NCBI RefSeq assembly: GCF_009914755.1
Contig: NC_060947.1
Origin: the human T2T-CHM13v2.0 reference genome, Homo sapiens
DNA: 64,000 nucleotides
Reading direction: 5' to 3' (one strand)
The stretch's first letter is position 1; each line of letters begins with the position of its first letter. The translations under genes were made by a program, and so were the position numbers. The notes below the pieces were generated by a model. It was not told the DNA's origin. It made no database searches and saw nothing but the letters and a program-made list of their open reading frames with translations. Shown one piece after another: positions 23,091-40,444 of the stretch.

Positions 23091-23591
23091 GGCCAGTAGT
23101 CGGCCGGGTGGACGCAGGGCAGCCAGCGACGAGTTTTGAGCTCTGGGGCGTGCTCACCTGGTGACCCGCTCAGACCCTGGAAACAGGGTGGCGGGCCCGT
23201 GCCTGGTTCCTGTATCTGCGGGGTGGCCTATCTGGCGGCCAGCAAGGAGGCCTCCGTTAGCTGAGGACGCTGGGCTGGCTCCTTTTTCCACTCTGGGATG
23301 TTGCTATTCCAGCATAGGAAGGGGCAGTCGAAGCCCAGAGAAATTAGGGTACTGTCTGACCTCTGACAACTAAAAGCAGGGACGCAGAACTGGAGCCCGA
23401 GTTTACTAGGAAACTCTGCAATCTCCACCAGAGCTTTGCACAAGTAGGCACTCAGTATATTTGCAGGGAAAGTTTATCTCCCACTGTCCCTATTGGGAAA
23501 CTGGAAATGTGTGGTGGGACTGAGTACCGTTGGAGCTTTTGGAGCCAAAGAATGGTTTGGTGCTCTGGGCATTATGAGGTTGCGGAACTCA

Positions 23592-24173
<582 letters not shown>

Positions 24174-24859
24174 TCACCACTACTTTGCCAAATAAGAAAC
24201 TCAGGGTCTGAGAGGCTCAGGGACCTGCCTAGGTCCCTGCAGCAAGCCAACAACACCAGTTTCAGGCAGCTTACCTACAAGACTCACTTGGTTAGTGACT
24301 ATTTCACTATGGCTGTGGACACACTGTGTCCTAATGTCCATTCTGGCTGGTTGTGCAAGCCTCTCCGTTCACCTTTCAGAGACCCAGTATCCTCATAGGT
24401 GAAAGGGTCTGAACGGTTCCTGCTTTCATTCCACCTGCAGTCCCCTGCCTCTTTCACCTCTGACCTGACCTTGTCTAAGGGGGGACACCCTGGACCTCCT
24501 TCACTGCTCCTCCCAATTCTTGTTGAGACTTCCACACCTGAATCTGGAGAGGGCAGCTTCCAATCTGGGGCTCCAGGTTTTAAGAACCTGTGGATGTGAG
24601 AGTGAGGTGCTTACACACTGTGAAGGAGAGCTTGAGGCTCTGTAGCTCCATGCATGGGAGGGTCTTGCAGACTGGGGCATTGTCCAAGGGCCGAGGACAG
24701 ATGGACAGTGAGGGGAGGCATCCAAGCACCAGGTAGAATCTACTAACATCGATCAGGGAGCTTGCCAACTGGATGGGAAACTGCTTCCAGGCTGGGAGGT
24801 ATTCAGGCTTGGGGAATCATGAACGAATGAAGGGGTCCAAGGACATCCTCAGGGGACGT

Positions 24860-25035
24860 GAATTACAGGGGCGGGGGCCCAGGATGCTGGATAGGTGTTC
24901 ACTGAGACAGCTGACACCAGCAGGGCTGAAATTACAGGGGCAGGGGCCCAGGATAGGTGTTCACTGAGAGAGCTGACACCAGCAGGGCCGAAATTCCAGG
25001 GCCAGAGAGTAGTGTATGTGTCACTGAGGCTGCTG
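24860..25035 (+). repeat. Short tandem repeat, ~58-65-bp unit, about 2.5 copies
   Basis: Repeats of AATTACAGGGGC(G/A)GGGGCCCAGGAT...AGGTGTTCACTGAGA(C/G)AGCTGACACCAGCAGGGC. Confidence 0.8.
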
Positions 25036-26005
25036 GCAGGGTTAGGGGTGTAGAGAGGATGCAGACATGAGGGAGGAACTCCAGCCACTGCATTGCCTGA
25101 CACCTCAATGTACCTCTCTGGGAAGTGGGGGTGATGAGATATGCATGGTAAGACTGTCAAGAGAGTTCGGAACAAAGCTTCCAAATTGCTGGTGTTGTGC
25201 CAAGCCAAGCTATTTGGTAGCAGTGTTGGTGCTTATCTTTAATATTGATTACAATGACACTATGGGGGAGCAAACCCTCACTTAGCCCTGCCCCACTGTG
25301 GATTCAAATCAATGCCCCTCTTAGCCTCATCCATTTGTGAATACAACCCAATTACCCAGCTGGGCACGGTGGGTCATGCCTGTAATCCCAGCACCTTGGG
25401 AGGCAGAGATGGGCGGAGTTTGAGACCAGCCTGGCCAACATGATGAAAACTTGTCTCTACTAAAACTGCAGAAATTAGCCGGGCGTGGTGGTGGGTGCCT
25501 TTAGTCTCAGCTACTTGGGAGGCTGAAGCATGAGAATTGCTTGAACCCAGGAGATGGAGGTTGTAGTGAGCCGAGCTCGCACTACTGCACTCCAGCCTGG
25601 GTGACAGAGCGAAACTCCGTCTCAAAAAAAAAAAAAAATCATTTAAAAAAACCCTAATTACCCCTTTTAGCCTCATGTAATTCAAGAATTAAGTCAATTT
25701 CTCTCACAGCCCCACCCAATTCATTAATTTAACAAAAGATTGTATTTATTTATTTATTAGAGACAAAGTCTTGCTACATTGGCTAGGCTGGTCTGAAAAT
25801 TCTGGCCTTAGTGATCTTCTCACCTTGGCCTCCCAAAGTGCTGGAATTACAGGCGTGAGTCATCATGCCCAGCCTGTTTTGAGAATTTATATTTTATTTT
25901 TTTTAAAGACAGGGTCTTGCTCTGTCACTGAGGGTGGAGTGCAGTGGCATGATCACAGCTCATTGTAACCTCTAAGTCTTGGGCTTAAGTGATCCTCGTG
26001 CCTCA

Positions 26006-26335
<330 letters not shown>

Positions 26336-27083
26336 TCAGGAGGATCCCTTGAGCCCAGGAGTTTGAGGTTACAATGAACTATGATTGTGCCACTGCAATC
26401 CATCCTGCATGACAGAATGTGACCCTGTCACTTAAAAAAAAAAAAAAGAAATACTGAGTATAACTATCTCTGCCAAAAGTTTTCTCCTGCCCTTTGTATT
26501 TCCTCTTTCCTGCCCTTTTGGCCCCCTCCCTCCAGGCAACCACTAATCCACTTTCTGTCACTGTATATCAGTTTGCATTTTATTAGATTTTTATATAAAA
26601 GAAATCATACAGCATGTGCTTTTTTGGAGCGTGGGTCTGGCTTGTTTTACCATAATTATTTTTGAGATTCATCCAAATCCTTCATTGTTTTTTATTGCTG
26701 AGTTGTATTACCCTGTATGTGTATACCATAGTTTGTTAATTTATTCATCTATTTTTTTCATTGAAAATTGTTTTCTTTTTGAGAGATGGGGTCTCACTAT
26801 GTTGCCCAGGCTGGTCTCAAACTCCTGGGCTCAAGCAATCCTCCTGCCTCCACCTCCAGCCTCCCAAAGTGCTAGGATTACAGGCATTAGCATTTTTAAA
26901 ATAGAGACAATGTTTCTATGTTTTTAAAATAGAGACAATCTTTCACTATGTTGCCAAGGCTGGTCACCAACTCCTGAGCTCAAGCGATCCTCCCACCTCA
27001 GCCTCCCAAAGTGCTGCGATTACTGGCCTCATTCAACTATTAATGGACATTTGGGTTATTTCCAGTTTTTGGATATTAACAAA

Positions 27084-27836
<753 letters not shown>

Positions 27837-28167
27837 GGAAATAAAGCTGCTATGAATATTTGTAAGACAAGGCTGTGTAAATGTATGCTTTCTTTTAGAT
27901 AAATACGCAGGAGTGGAATGGCTGGCTCATATGTGTACGCTTAGTTTTTAAAGACACTACCAAACTGTTTTCTAAAGTTGCAGGCCGGGCACGAGTGGCT
28001 CACGCCTGTAATCCCAGCACTTTGGGAGGCTGAGGCGGGCCTCGCCTGTAATCCCAGCACTTTAGGGAGTTCGAGACCAGCCTGACCAACATGGAGAAAC
28101 CCCGTCTCTACTAAAAATACAAAATTAGGGGGGCGTGGTGGTGCATGCCTGTAATCCCAGCTACTCA

Positions 28168-28299
<132 letters not shown>

Positions 28300-28419
28300 T
28301 CATTTTACATTTCCACCGGCGGTATAGGAGTTCCATTTCCTCCATATCTTCAGCAACAGTTGGTATTGTCAGGCTTTTAAATTCTAACTAGGACCTTTAG
28401 TTAACAGAGTGCGGCGCCT

Positions 28420-29960
28420 GCAGCAGAGTGAGGCCAAGCACTCCTCCTGGCTCCTACAGCCAGGCCTCCTTGCTGGCCGCCAGGTAGGTCACCGCGCGGG
28501 TCCGGGAGCCAGGCACGGGACCCGCCAGCTTCAGCCTCCAGGGCCTGGGCGGGCCGCCAGGTGAGCGCGCCCCAGAGCTCAAAATTCGTAGCTGGCTGCC
28601 CTGCGTCCACCCGGCGGACTACTGGCCATGGAGCCGCGCACAGGGGACGCCGCGGACCCTAGGGGGAGCAGAGGAGGTACAGGGATTGGGGTCGTTGGGG
28701 AAGGACAGGGCGAGTCGCCGCCATCCCCGTCCCGCCTGTCTGCTCCACACCTTTTCCTTCTGACAGGTGGTAAACAGAGCGGCTCTGGCGCCCAAGTGAA
28801 GGTGGCAGGGGGCAGGGGCCCAGCGATGGAGGCTGGGCTGGAGGTCCCCTACCCACACCCACACACGAGGGAAAGGGCCGCGCACCAGAGCAGGGGAGGG
28901 GCTCTCAGGAGTCTCCAGGGAGACGTGCAGATGTGCGGGGAGGGGTCTGCCCGTGGTCACTGGGGACACCTGGGCACTCAGGGTCTTAGTGAACTGGGGG
29001 GAGGGGAGCTGGGGGCCCCTGGGGACCTGTGGAGGGGGACTCTGGAGGTATGTGGGCCATGGGGGGAACGGGCCCTCTGAGGGAATTCATGGGGGTAGCA
29101 GCGGTTGCCTAGGATACTTAGACGGGGAATTGGGGGTTCCGGGGCTACGGCGTCAGGCCGTGTTCTCCCAGGATATCTGGGGAAATGGGGTCCCCTGAGA
29201 TATCGCGGGCGAAGAGTTGGGCATCCAGGGTGATTAGGGGGCAGTCGAGGACCTCACGGGGTGTTCGGAGGTGTCTAGGACTATTGCAGTCAAACAGCGA
29301 TCTCCAGGGACACCGTGGGAGCAAGCGGGGGTGCACCGGCTACCCGCGACGGTCGGGGATCGCGTGAGGGGAGGGACAGCAGTGACCTCCGAAACTATCG
29401 AGGGAGTGGCCAGGGGTCGCCGGGTATCCTGAGGGGCATTTCTAGGTCTTCGAGCGTCCGGAAGCATAGGGGTTGGCCGAGGCCGAGGGTCGGCGTTGAC
29501 CTGTCCCCTCTTGCGCGCAGGCCGCGGCCCCTCCCCGCTCGCGGGCCCTAGCGCCCGGCAGCTCCTGGCGCGGTTGGACGCGCGCCCCCTGGCGGCGCGA
29601 GCTGCGGTCGACGTGGCAGCGCTGGTACGCAGGGCGGGCGCCACATTGCGCCTGCGCCGGAAGGAGGGTGAGTGACTGGCGCAGGGCCTCCGCTGGGGGA
29701 GGGTTCGGAGAGGAGTTGGGTTCAGTGGGACAGGCCTGGGGGGTCAGCAGCTACTGCCCTGTCTTGGGTGGGGCCAAGGGGCGCGACTTGGGGCGGGGAT
29801 CGGAGGGTGCTTCGAGTGGGAGGAGCCTTGGGGTTATTCTAGCATATTCCTTGAGGGTTATTGCAGTCGGCGAGGGCTAGATTAGATGAGAGTGCGGAAC
29901 TGGACCCCCGTTCTGGCGGCGGTCCTTTTTGAGGAGGCAGGGCCTGGAGAGTGCTTGGGG
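28420..29960 (+). promoter_or_regulatory. MAGIX CpG-island promoter / 5' region
   Basis: High GC and CpG density around exons 1-2; GC boxes. Confidence 0.75.
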
Positions 29961-30295
29961 GGCGGGCACGCAGCGAAGGGGCAGGCCTGAAATGTGAGTC
30001 ACGGGGGTGGAGCCTATAGTCCCATGGGGGCGGGGCTTGAGATGTCAGGAATGGGATGAGGGTTAGAGGCTAATTAGAGGGCGTGCTATGGAAGGTTCAG
30101 GAGCCAAATTTTGGAGTAGCATTCTCCAGGGTGGGCCGAATGGTGTTGTTTGAGGGATGTGTTCTGCGTGTTATTAGAGGGAGATAGGAAGGCCTGGAAG
30201 ATTATTCACATGGCTGAGCCCAGGATTGTTTATTAAGAAGGTGGGGTCAGAACAGTTAATTTGTTTGGGCTGAGAACCTTTAAGATTACTTGAGG
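28463..30295 (+). repeat. Right arm of ~2-kb inverted repeat (contains the functional MAGIX 5' end)
   Basis: Aligns to the reverse complement of 21180-23253; identical core 28725-29117 = 22993-22601. Confidence 0.93.
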
Positions 30296-32137
30296 GGATG
30301 GTGCGTAAATGGTGGGCCAGTTTGTATATGAGCTGCAGGGGCAAGACAAGTAGATGAGGCTAGAATGTTAACTCAGGGAACAGGTCCTAGGTAGTTTCCA
30401 TGGCATGTCCCCCAACAGCCCTCTCCACTGCTTTTATCTCCCAGCTGTTAGCGTGCTGGACTCTGCGGACATAGAGGTCACAGACAGTCGCCTGCCTCAT
30501 GCCACTATTGTGGATCACCGGCCCCAGGTACCATCTCATCCTTCTATCGGAGGCCTCCTGCCTCAGGGCAAACTATGTACACCTGTGTCCTTTATTCCAG
30601 CACCGTTGGTTAGAGACATGTAACGCACCTCCCCAATTGATCCAGGGTAAGGCACGTAGTGCTCCGAAGCCATCCCAGGCCTCTGGTCATTTCTCTGTGG
30701 AGCTGGTTCGCGGTTACGCAGGCTTTGGCCTCACCTTAGGTGGGGGCCGGGATGTAGCTGGGGACACTCCGCTGGCCGTGCGCGGGCTGCTGAAGGATGG
30801 CCCAGCACAGCGCTGTGGTCGTTTGGAGGTGAGCCCTGAAGCCCCTTCCACTGGTAGGTGCTATCCCTGCCTTTGTTGGGGTGCTCTCCTTTTGCCTTTC
30901 CAACACGACTGCATTGCACTCCTCCAGGTCGGGGACCTCGTGCTCCACATCAACGGAGAGTCAACGCAGGGCCTCACCCATGCCCAGGCCGTGGAGCGGA
31001 TCCGAGCTGGAGGCCCCCAGCTCCACCTGGTTATTCGTCGGCCTCTGGAGACCCACCCTGGCAAGCCTCGAGGGGTGGGAGAGCCCCGAAAAGGAGTTGG
31101 TGGGTTTCCCAAGGGAGAGAAGTCAGAGATCAGTGAGGAGAAGGGAGAGGTTCACAGAGTGGAGAAGCTGAGATTCTGGGTGGGAAGGGTTTGGTGGTCT
31201 CTGTGGGGAGGGTCTGCAAGAGGTCATGGTATTCTCACAAGTAGGGGCAGGGAGGGGTACAGGGTCCCAGGATAGGAATAACGTAGGGGCAGGGAGGGGT
31301 GTCAGTCTCGAGGATAGGAATTTCAGAGGGTGGGTTTTCCAGGTACTGGGGGGAGAGAAGGGAAGGGGTCTAGGATAAAAGCAAGTGTTTGGAAGGAAGG
31401 GTCTTAGTTCTCAGAGGCGAAGGCAGAGTGGATCTTAGCCGGGGGAAAATGGGATGGGGATCCAGAGGGTAGGGGGTCTAGTTCTGAAAAACAAAGGGTC
31501 GGTGGTTTGGGAGTCAACGGAGGTGGGATGAGAGAGGAGAGAGCAGGGGCTCCTAGATGAGCGGGGTTTGATTTCCTTTGGAGATTGTGGGAAATGATTT
31601 CTGAGGGGCATGTTCTGGATCCAGGAGGGGAGGGGTCTCGGGAAAGGAGGTGTCGGGGTTGTGAGGGGTGGTGCCGATCCCAGAAGGCCTGGAGGGGAGA
31701 TTTCTCTAAGGGTCAGGGTCTCATCTCCCGCAGCCTTTGGGTTCTCCTGTCCATCCTCAGCCAAAGGCCTGGATTTCCCTTCCCTACTTCACCACCCAAT
31801 CTAATCCGTAGTCCCGTCATGGCCAGATCGCAGCCCAGATCCTGGAGGGCCGGAGGTAACGGGGTCTCGCAGCAGCAGCACTTCCCTAGTTCAGCACCCT
31901 CCATCCCGGACGACGCTCAAGAAGACCCGGGGCAGCCCGGAGCCTAGTCCAGAGGCGGCCGCCGATGGCCCCACGGTTTCTCCTCCTGAGCGCCGCGCTG
32001 AGGATCCCAACGACCAGATCCCGGGTTCCCCGGGGCCCTGGCTAGTGCCCAGCGAGGAACGGCTCTCGCGGGCCCTAGGGGTCCGGGGGGCAGCGCAGCT
32101 CGCTCAGGAGATGGCAGCCGGAAGGCGGAGACACTGA
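28628..32137 (+). CDS. MAGIX: MAGI family member, X-linked (single-PDZ protein), 334 aa, 6 coding exons
   Basis: Exons 28628-28676, 29521-29667, 30445-30527, 30601-30828, 30928-31099, 31812-32137; all GT-AG and phase-consistent, total 1005 nt. Translation MEPRTGDAADPRGSRG-GRGPSPLAGP...PDZ domain (FSVELVRGYAGFGLTLGGG...GDLVLHINGESTQGLTHAQAVERIR)...AGRRRH*. Kozak ggccATGG; AATAAA at 32351. Confidence 0.95.
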
Positions 32138-33926
32138 GCCTACCTCTGACAGCGCGGGGCTCACTAGTTACCGCCCAACCTGGATCCGGCGCGTGTGGCC
32201 GCTGGGCACTTGGCACCTCCCCAAGAGCTTCCACTTGGTTTGGTCCCCCCACCCGCTGCTCAGTGGCTCTGACCACACTCCCCTCGCAGCGTCAGTGGTA
32301 CGACCCTTCCAGCCGGCTAGCCTGCGCTTCTGGTTCTGGGAGGGGGAGGTAATAAAATGGTTCGATCCGGTCTTGACTTGCCAGGCGCTCGAGGCGGGGT
32401 GGGGCTGCCCGGGCCACTCTGTAAAGGAGCAGGTGGGTCGATCCTGCTTGAGTAATCGCTGACGAGCTTCGTGCTGCTGCTTTCCTGCTTGCACATGTTA
32501 TCTTTGCTTCTGCCGGTCCTCAGTCTGGCGTGCTTTCTTTTTCTCTTCGCCGTCTCCTGCTCCTCTCCTTATTCATTAATTTCACCTTTTTGGAGGTGTA
32601 CAGGGTCTCACACATAAATTATTGTGCATGGCATGGAGAATGCAGAGGTGAGCCTGTCGTGGCAGGACTGCACCAGTGTATCCACAGTCCTGTCTCGGAA
32701 TCATACAGACCCTCAGCTGACGTCGGGATAGCAAGGCTAGAAGCCTAGAAGCAGGGCAGCTTCCTTCGCCAGAGGCCTGCGGTCTCCCACTTCCGGCCTA
32801 GTCTGCCAGCTTTTGCTGGCACGTAGGCTACCACTCTCCGGGCACCGGCTGGGGCCCTGGAGCCCCCTTTGGGGCGGAGTGGGGAAGGTGTGAGTCAGCG
32901 CCCCTGGACGGGCCGGGCTAAAAAAGGCTGTTAGAACCTTTGGGCCGTGCCCCCATTTTCCGTACATGGTGAAGAACTGCAGCCGGGCTTGTGTGCACAC
33001 GCCACACACTGGGCGTTCCCGGCACGGGAGAGGCCCAGAGTTTCCTTCACCCTGGGAACAGAGCCCTACAGCCAGGGCTTATATGGCCAGCGGGACTCCA
33101 ACCGGGGTAGCCGCGAGGAAGGCGCTGGCAGAGGACAGAAATGTCCAGTCACCTCCGCTGTCACCACATCCTGAGCACTCGGCCCCATCCCCCCACAGGA
33201 GGGAAGCTGTGGTCTGACGGAATGGGCAACTTTCGCCCCTGTGGGGAGGGGACGGGGAAGGAAGAAAGAATTTAAAGGACCGGAATGCGAGAGTCCAGGT
33301 GGCCTTGGAGAGGAAAGAGGAACGGTGAAGACAAGCTGCGAGAGCTGGGAGCTGGAGGGTGAAGAGGTGAACACTTGAGTGGTTAGAGCTGTAGATAGAC
33401 ATTGTGGGGAAGTGTGCCAGGGTGGCTTCCAGCTACCCCTGACTTAGAGCCTGGTGGAGGTGTGGTTCTTCAGAAGTCAGCAAAGGGCTCAAGAGCCCCA
33501 GTCTATAAATACAGTCACACCCAGGAGACTAATAATAGTAACCCCAGCCACCATGTACTTAGTTTTATCCCTGCTACTGGCTTTATTGCAATATTTATTT
33601 TCATCTACAATAGTTGCACATCTACTCAACTATCCGAATATGTCCATTTCGCAGAGGAGGAAAGTGAGGCCCAGGGAGTGCAGATAGCTACAGAGAGGAG
33701 GGTCAAAGCACGATTTAATCAAGGCCTGATTCCCAAGTCTGTCCTCTCAATTTCACCTGCATTGACAAGTATTAATTGAACCCCAACTGTATATGTTGCA
33801 CTGTGCTAGGTACTGTGGAGATGCTGGAGGAACAAGACATAAAATTTCTTTGTGTAGCTGATGTATGTAATGAGAGTAGACAGATGTCAGACAAAAAAGA
33901 CGAGAAAATGAATAAATAAAAAACCA

Positions 33927-37351
<3,425 letters not shown>

Positions 37352-37379
37352 TAAGGAAACTGAGTCACTCCATCCCAAA

Positions 37380-38560
37380 GCCAGATTCCCGCGGTTCTAA
37401 GCTGAAGCTGTCTCGGGTGCATTTGCATTCCAAAAAGGCGAAGGGTCCCGCTATTACTGCTCCTGGTACCTGGAGCTGCCAAGCACCCCTGCGATGGGGC
37501 GCCCCGGGGGCTGTGCGCCAGGCTGGGAGTATCCTTGGGGGGCGGGGCGAGGGGGCTTCCGGGGCGGCAGCCACCTGGCCCGGCTCCGGCCCCGCCCGCG
37601 TCAGCTCTGCGCGGTGATTCACTCCCTCCTTCGCCCCGGGGCCCCCTTCCCGGCCAGACGGCGGGCAAGACAGCTGGGTGTACAGCGTCCTCGAAACCAC
37701 GAGCAAGTGAGCAGATCCTCCGAGGCACCAGGGACTCCAGCCCATGCCATGGCGGATTCTGAGCGCCTCTCGGCTCCTGGCTGCTGGGCCGCCTGCACCA
37801 ACTTCTCGCGCACTCGAAAGGGAATCCTCCTGTTTGCTGAGATTGTGAGCGTTCTGGGGCAGGCGCGTGGGCAAAAGCGGGATGGGGTGGCTGGACCATG
37901 CGGAACTGGATGGTCCGGGTGAGGCAGGCACTTGGCCGGGGCGCTCGGCAGTGGGGTGCAGGTGGGTGGGTTCACGGTGGAGGCCCGAAACCCGGGGCGC
38001 AGGGCGAGTCGGTGGGGTTTGACGAAGGTTGTTGAGATCTGGTGGTCCCCGGGGTGAAGCAAGGAGCCTATAACGCATACGGAGGGCTACGTGGGGACAG
38101 CCTGCGTGAACTCATCAGTGGACGCATCGAAGGGGTCCCAGGGTGCTGGGAAGTGGGGGCCTCCTGTGGCAGGGCGTGGCGCGGCCTGGGCACAGGAGGG
38201 CGGGCTGGCAGCGCGCCCAGGGGCAGGGCCTGTTGGGGTGGGGCCCCCCCGCCCCGCGCTAGTCCCGCGGTGTAGAGCGCCCCGCCCTTCGCCAGTTCTT
38301 CCTCGCCCTTCAGAGGCCGGGCGGGATGTCCTTAGCTTTTCGGGGTTTCCACCCTTCTCAAAGTGGGCGCCGCCTTTGAGTCACTTGTAAAAGGGGTGCG
38401 GCGCCTTTAACGGAGTCCTGCCTCTCTGGTGTCACTCTCACCGCTTCCCAAAGGGGTTGCTGGGGGAACCGCGTGTTCCGCCCCGGTCAAGGCCACAAAG
38501 CTGGCGTCAGCGGGGCTCACAAAACACCTGGCAGCGCCACTCCCCTCAGGCTGCCCGTAA
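37380..38560 (+). promoter_or_regulatory. PLP2 CpG-island promoter
   Basis: CpG-rich; GC boxes (GGGGCGGGGC ~37539) and an ETS-type CTTCCGG (37556-37562) upstream of the ATG. Confidence 0.8.
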
Positions 38561-40444
38561 CCTAGAAGGGAAAAGAGGAAACTGAGGCACCCAACTCTAC
38601 TCCTTACTTGTTGGGTGACCCTGGCCAAGCCATTAAACCTCTCTGTGCCTCAGTTTTCTCGTCTATAAATTAGAAAGAGTAATAATAGTACCCAGAGCAT
38701 TAGATTGTCGTGATGATTGAATTTGGAACACAGTGAGCACATAAAAAGTGTTTAGCTATTATTGTATGTCATTTCCCCAGCCCTCGTAGGCATCTTAGTA
38801 TGGGACCCCCAATTTAAACCAATCTTCTCAGCCCTGGTTGCTGATTGAGGTCCCCTTTCCCATGTCACCCTTCCAGATATTATGCCTGGTGATCCTGATC
38901 TGCTTCAGTGCCTCCACACCAGGCTACTCCTCCCTGTCGGTGATTGAGATGATCCTTGCTGCTATTTTCTTTGTTGTCTACATGTGTGACCTGCACACCA
39001 AGATACCATTCATCAACTGGCCCTGGAGTGTGAGAAGGGGTCCACAATGGCAAGACCAGGGAGGGGTCTGGGCAGTTAGGATTGTCGGGGAACTGTGGTT
39101 GCTGACTTCCCTCTTCTCCTCCCTACACCTCACAGGATTTCTTCCGAACCCTCATAGCGGCAATCCTCTACCTGATCACCTCCATTGTTGTCCTTGTTGA
39201 GAGAGGAAACCACTCCAAAATCGTCGCAGGGGTAAAGGCCATGGGAGCAGCTCTGAAGCACAGAGCGAAGGGTTTGAGGAGCCAGGGACCATTTCTGCCT
39301 TTGCTTCTGGCAGAAATCGTGTGACCCACAGCAAGTCACACTTGTCCTCAGACATGGAGGAAAGTCTGGCCCAGGACTTGGTTTTGCCTCCCAAGGTCTT
39401 CATTTGCTGTGAAGGGAAGTCCCTTGTCAGACACAAGGACCTTGGTGAGAGGTACAAACAGGCGGCCCCTTTGTCAACGCACTAGACTACCATCTGCAAG
39501 AACTTTGTCCCAAATGTAGTAGAAATTGGGGCCGGGCGCAGTGGCTCATGCCTGTATTCCCAGCACTTTGGGAGGCTGAGGCCGAGGCAGGCAGATCACT
39601 TGAGGTCAGGAGTTCAAGACCAGCCTGGCCAACATGGCGAAACCCCATCTCCACTAAAAATACAAAAATCAGCCGGGCATGGTGGTGGGCGCCTATAGTC
39701 CCAGCTACTCAGGAGGCTGAGGCAGGAGAATCACTTGAACCCAGAAGACAAAGGTTGCAGTGAGCCAAGATCATGCCACTCACTCCAGCCCCAGTGACAG
39801 ATGGGTGACAGAGTGATACTGTGTCTCAAAAAAAAAAAAAGTATGACTTGAATTGTGCCCCCTACGGGTAGGGCCACAGTGTGGCCTCCCTGTGTTGAGA
39901 GGTATAGGAGGAGGGAGAGTGGGGTAGGATGCACTCTCTTGGCCTTTCCCTGGCTTACCAACCCGGTGCTTGAGTCCCATCCTGCGTGGGGCAGGTGCTG
40001 GAGGTGGTGGATACAAGAAGATAAGAGACTGAGTAACCTGACCAGCTAATCTAAACCCCCTCACTCCTATCCTGTCCCCCAGGTACTGGGCCTAATCGCT
40101 ACGTGCCTCTTTGGCTATGATGCCTATGTCACCTTCCCCGTTCGGCAGCCAAGACATACAGCAGCCCCCACTGGTAAGTGTGTGTGTGTGTGTTGGTTGG
40201 GGGTAAGGGGGTTGCTGAGAGGGCAGAGGGAAAAAGGAAAGGGATCTCTTAAAGGCACGAATGCCAACTCTGGTCTCGTATTGGTACTTAGGGCTTTTGT
40301 ACCAATAGGTACCATAAGCTTCGGTATTCTTGTGTGTAAAATGTTCATGGACTTTGGATCTTGTTTTAAAAAATGGGCATATAGATTCAGCCAATGCTTT
40401 CTCTCTTTTCCTCACCTGCAGACCCCGCAGATGGCCCGGTGTAG
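37749..40444 (+). CDS. PLP2: Proteolipid protein 2 (A4; MARVEL domain), 152 aa, 5 exons
   Basis: Exons 37749-37844, 38877-39029, 39136-39231, 40083-40173, 40422-40444 (459 nt, GT-AG). [32 protein letters not shown]...DPADGPV*. AATAAA at 40819 and 40848. Confidence 0.97.

Larger units (their letters stand above)
21180..23253 (-). repeat. Left arm of ~2-kb inverted repeat (partner 28463-30295)
   Basis: Its reverse complement aligns to the MAGIX promoter-exon1-intron1-exon2-intron2 region; paired ORFs in the track (22638..23090 vs 28628..29080; 22749..23099 vs 28619..28969). Outer boundary approximate. Confidence 0.93.

Noticed and set aside
24860-25035. Repeat array as possible CRISPR-like structure
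   Set aside because: Eukaryotic DNA, no unique spacers, no cas genes; an ordinary minisatellite.
28628-29080. 150-aa unspliced ORF present in both inverted arms (also 22638..23090)
   Set aside because: It is exon 1 read through into GC-rich intron 1. Its presence in both arms follows from DNA identity of the core, not protein-level selection.
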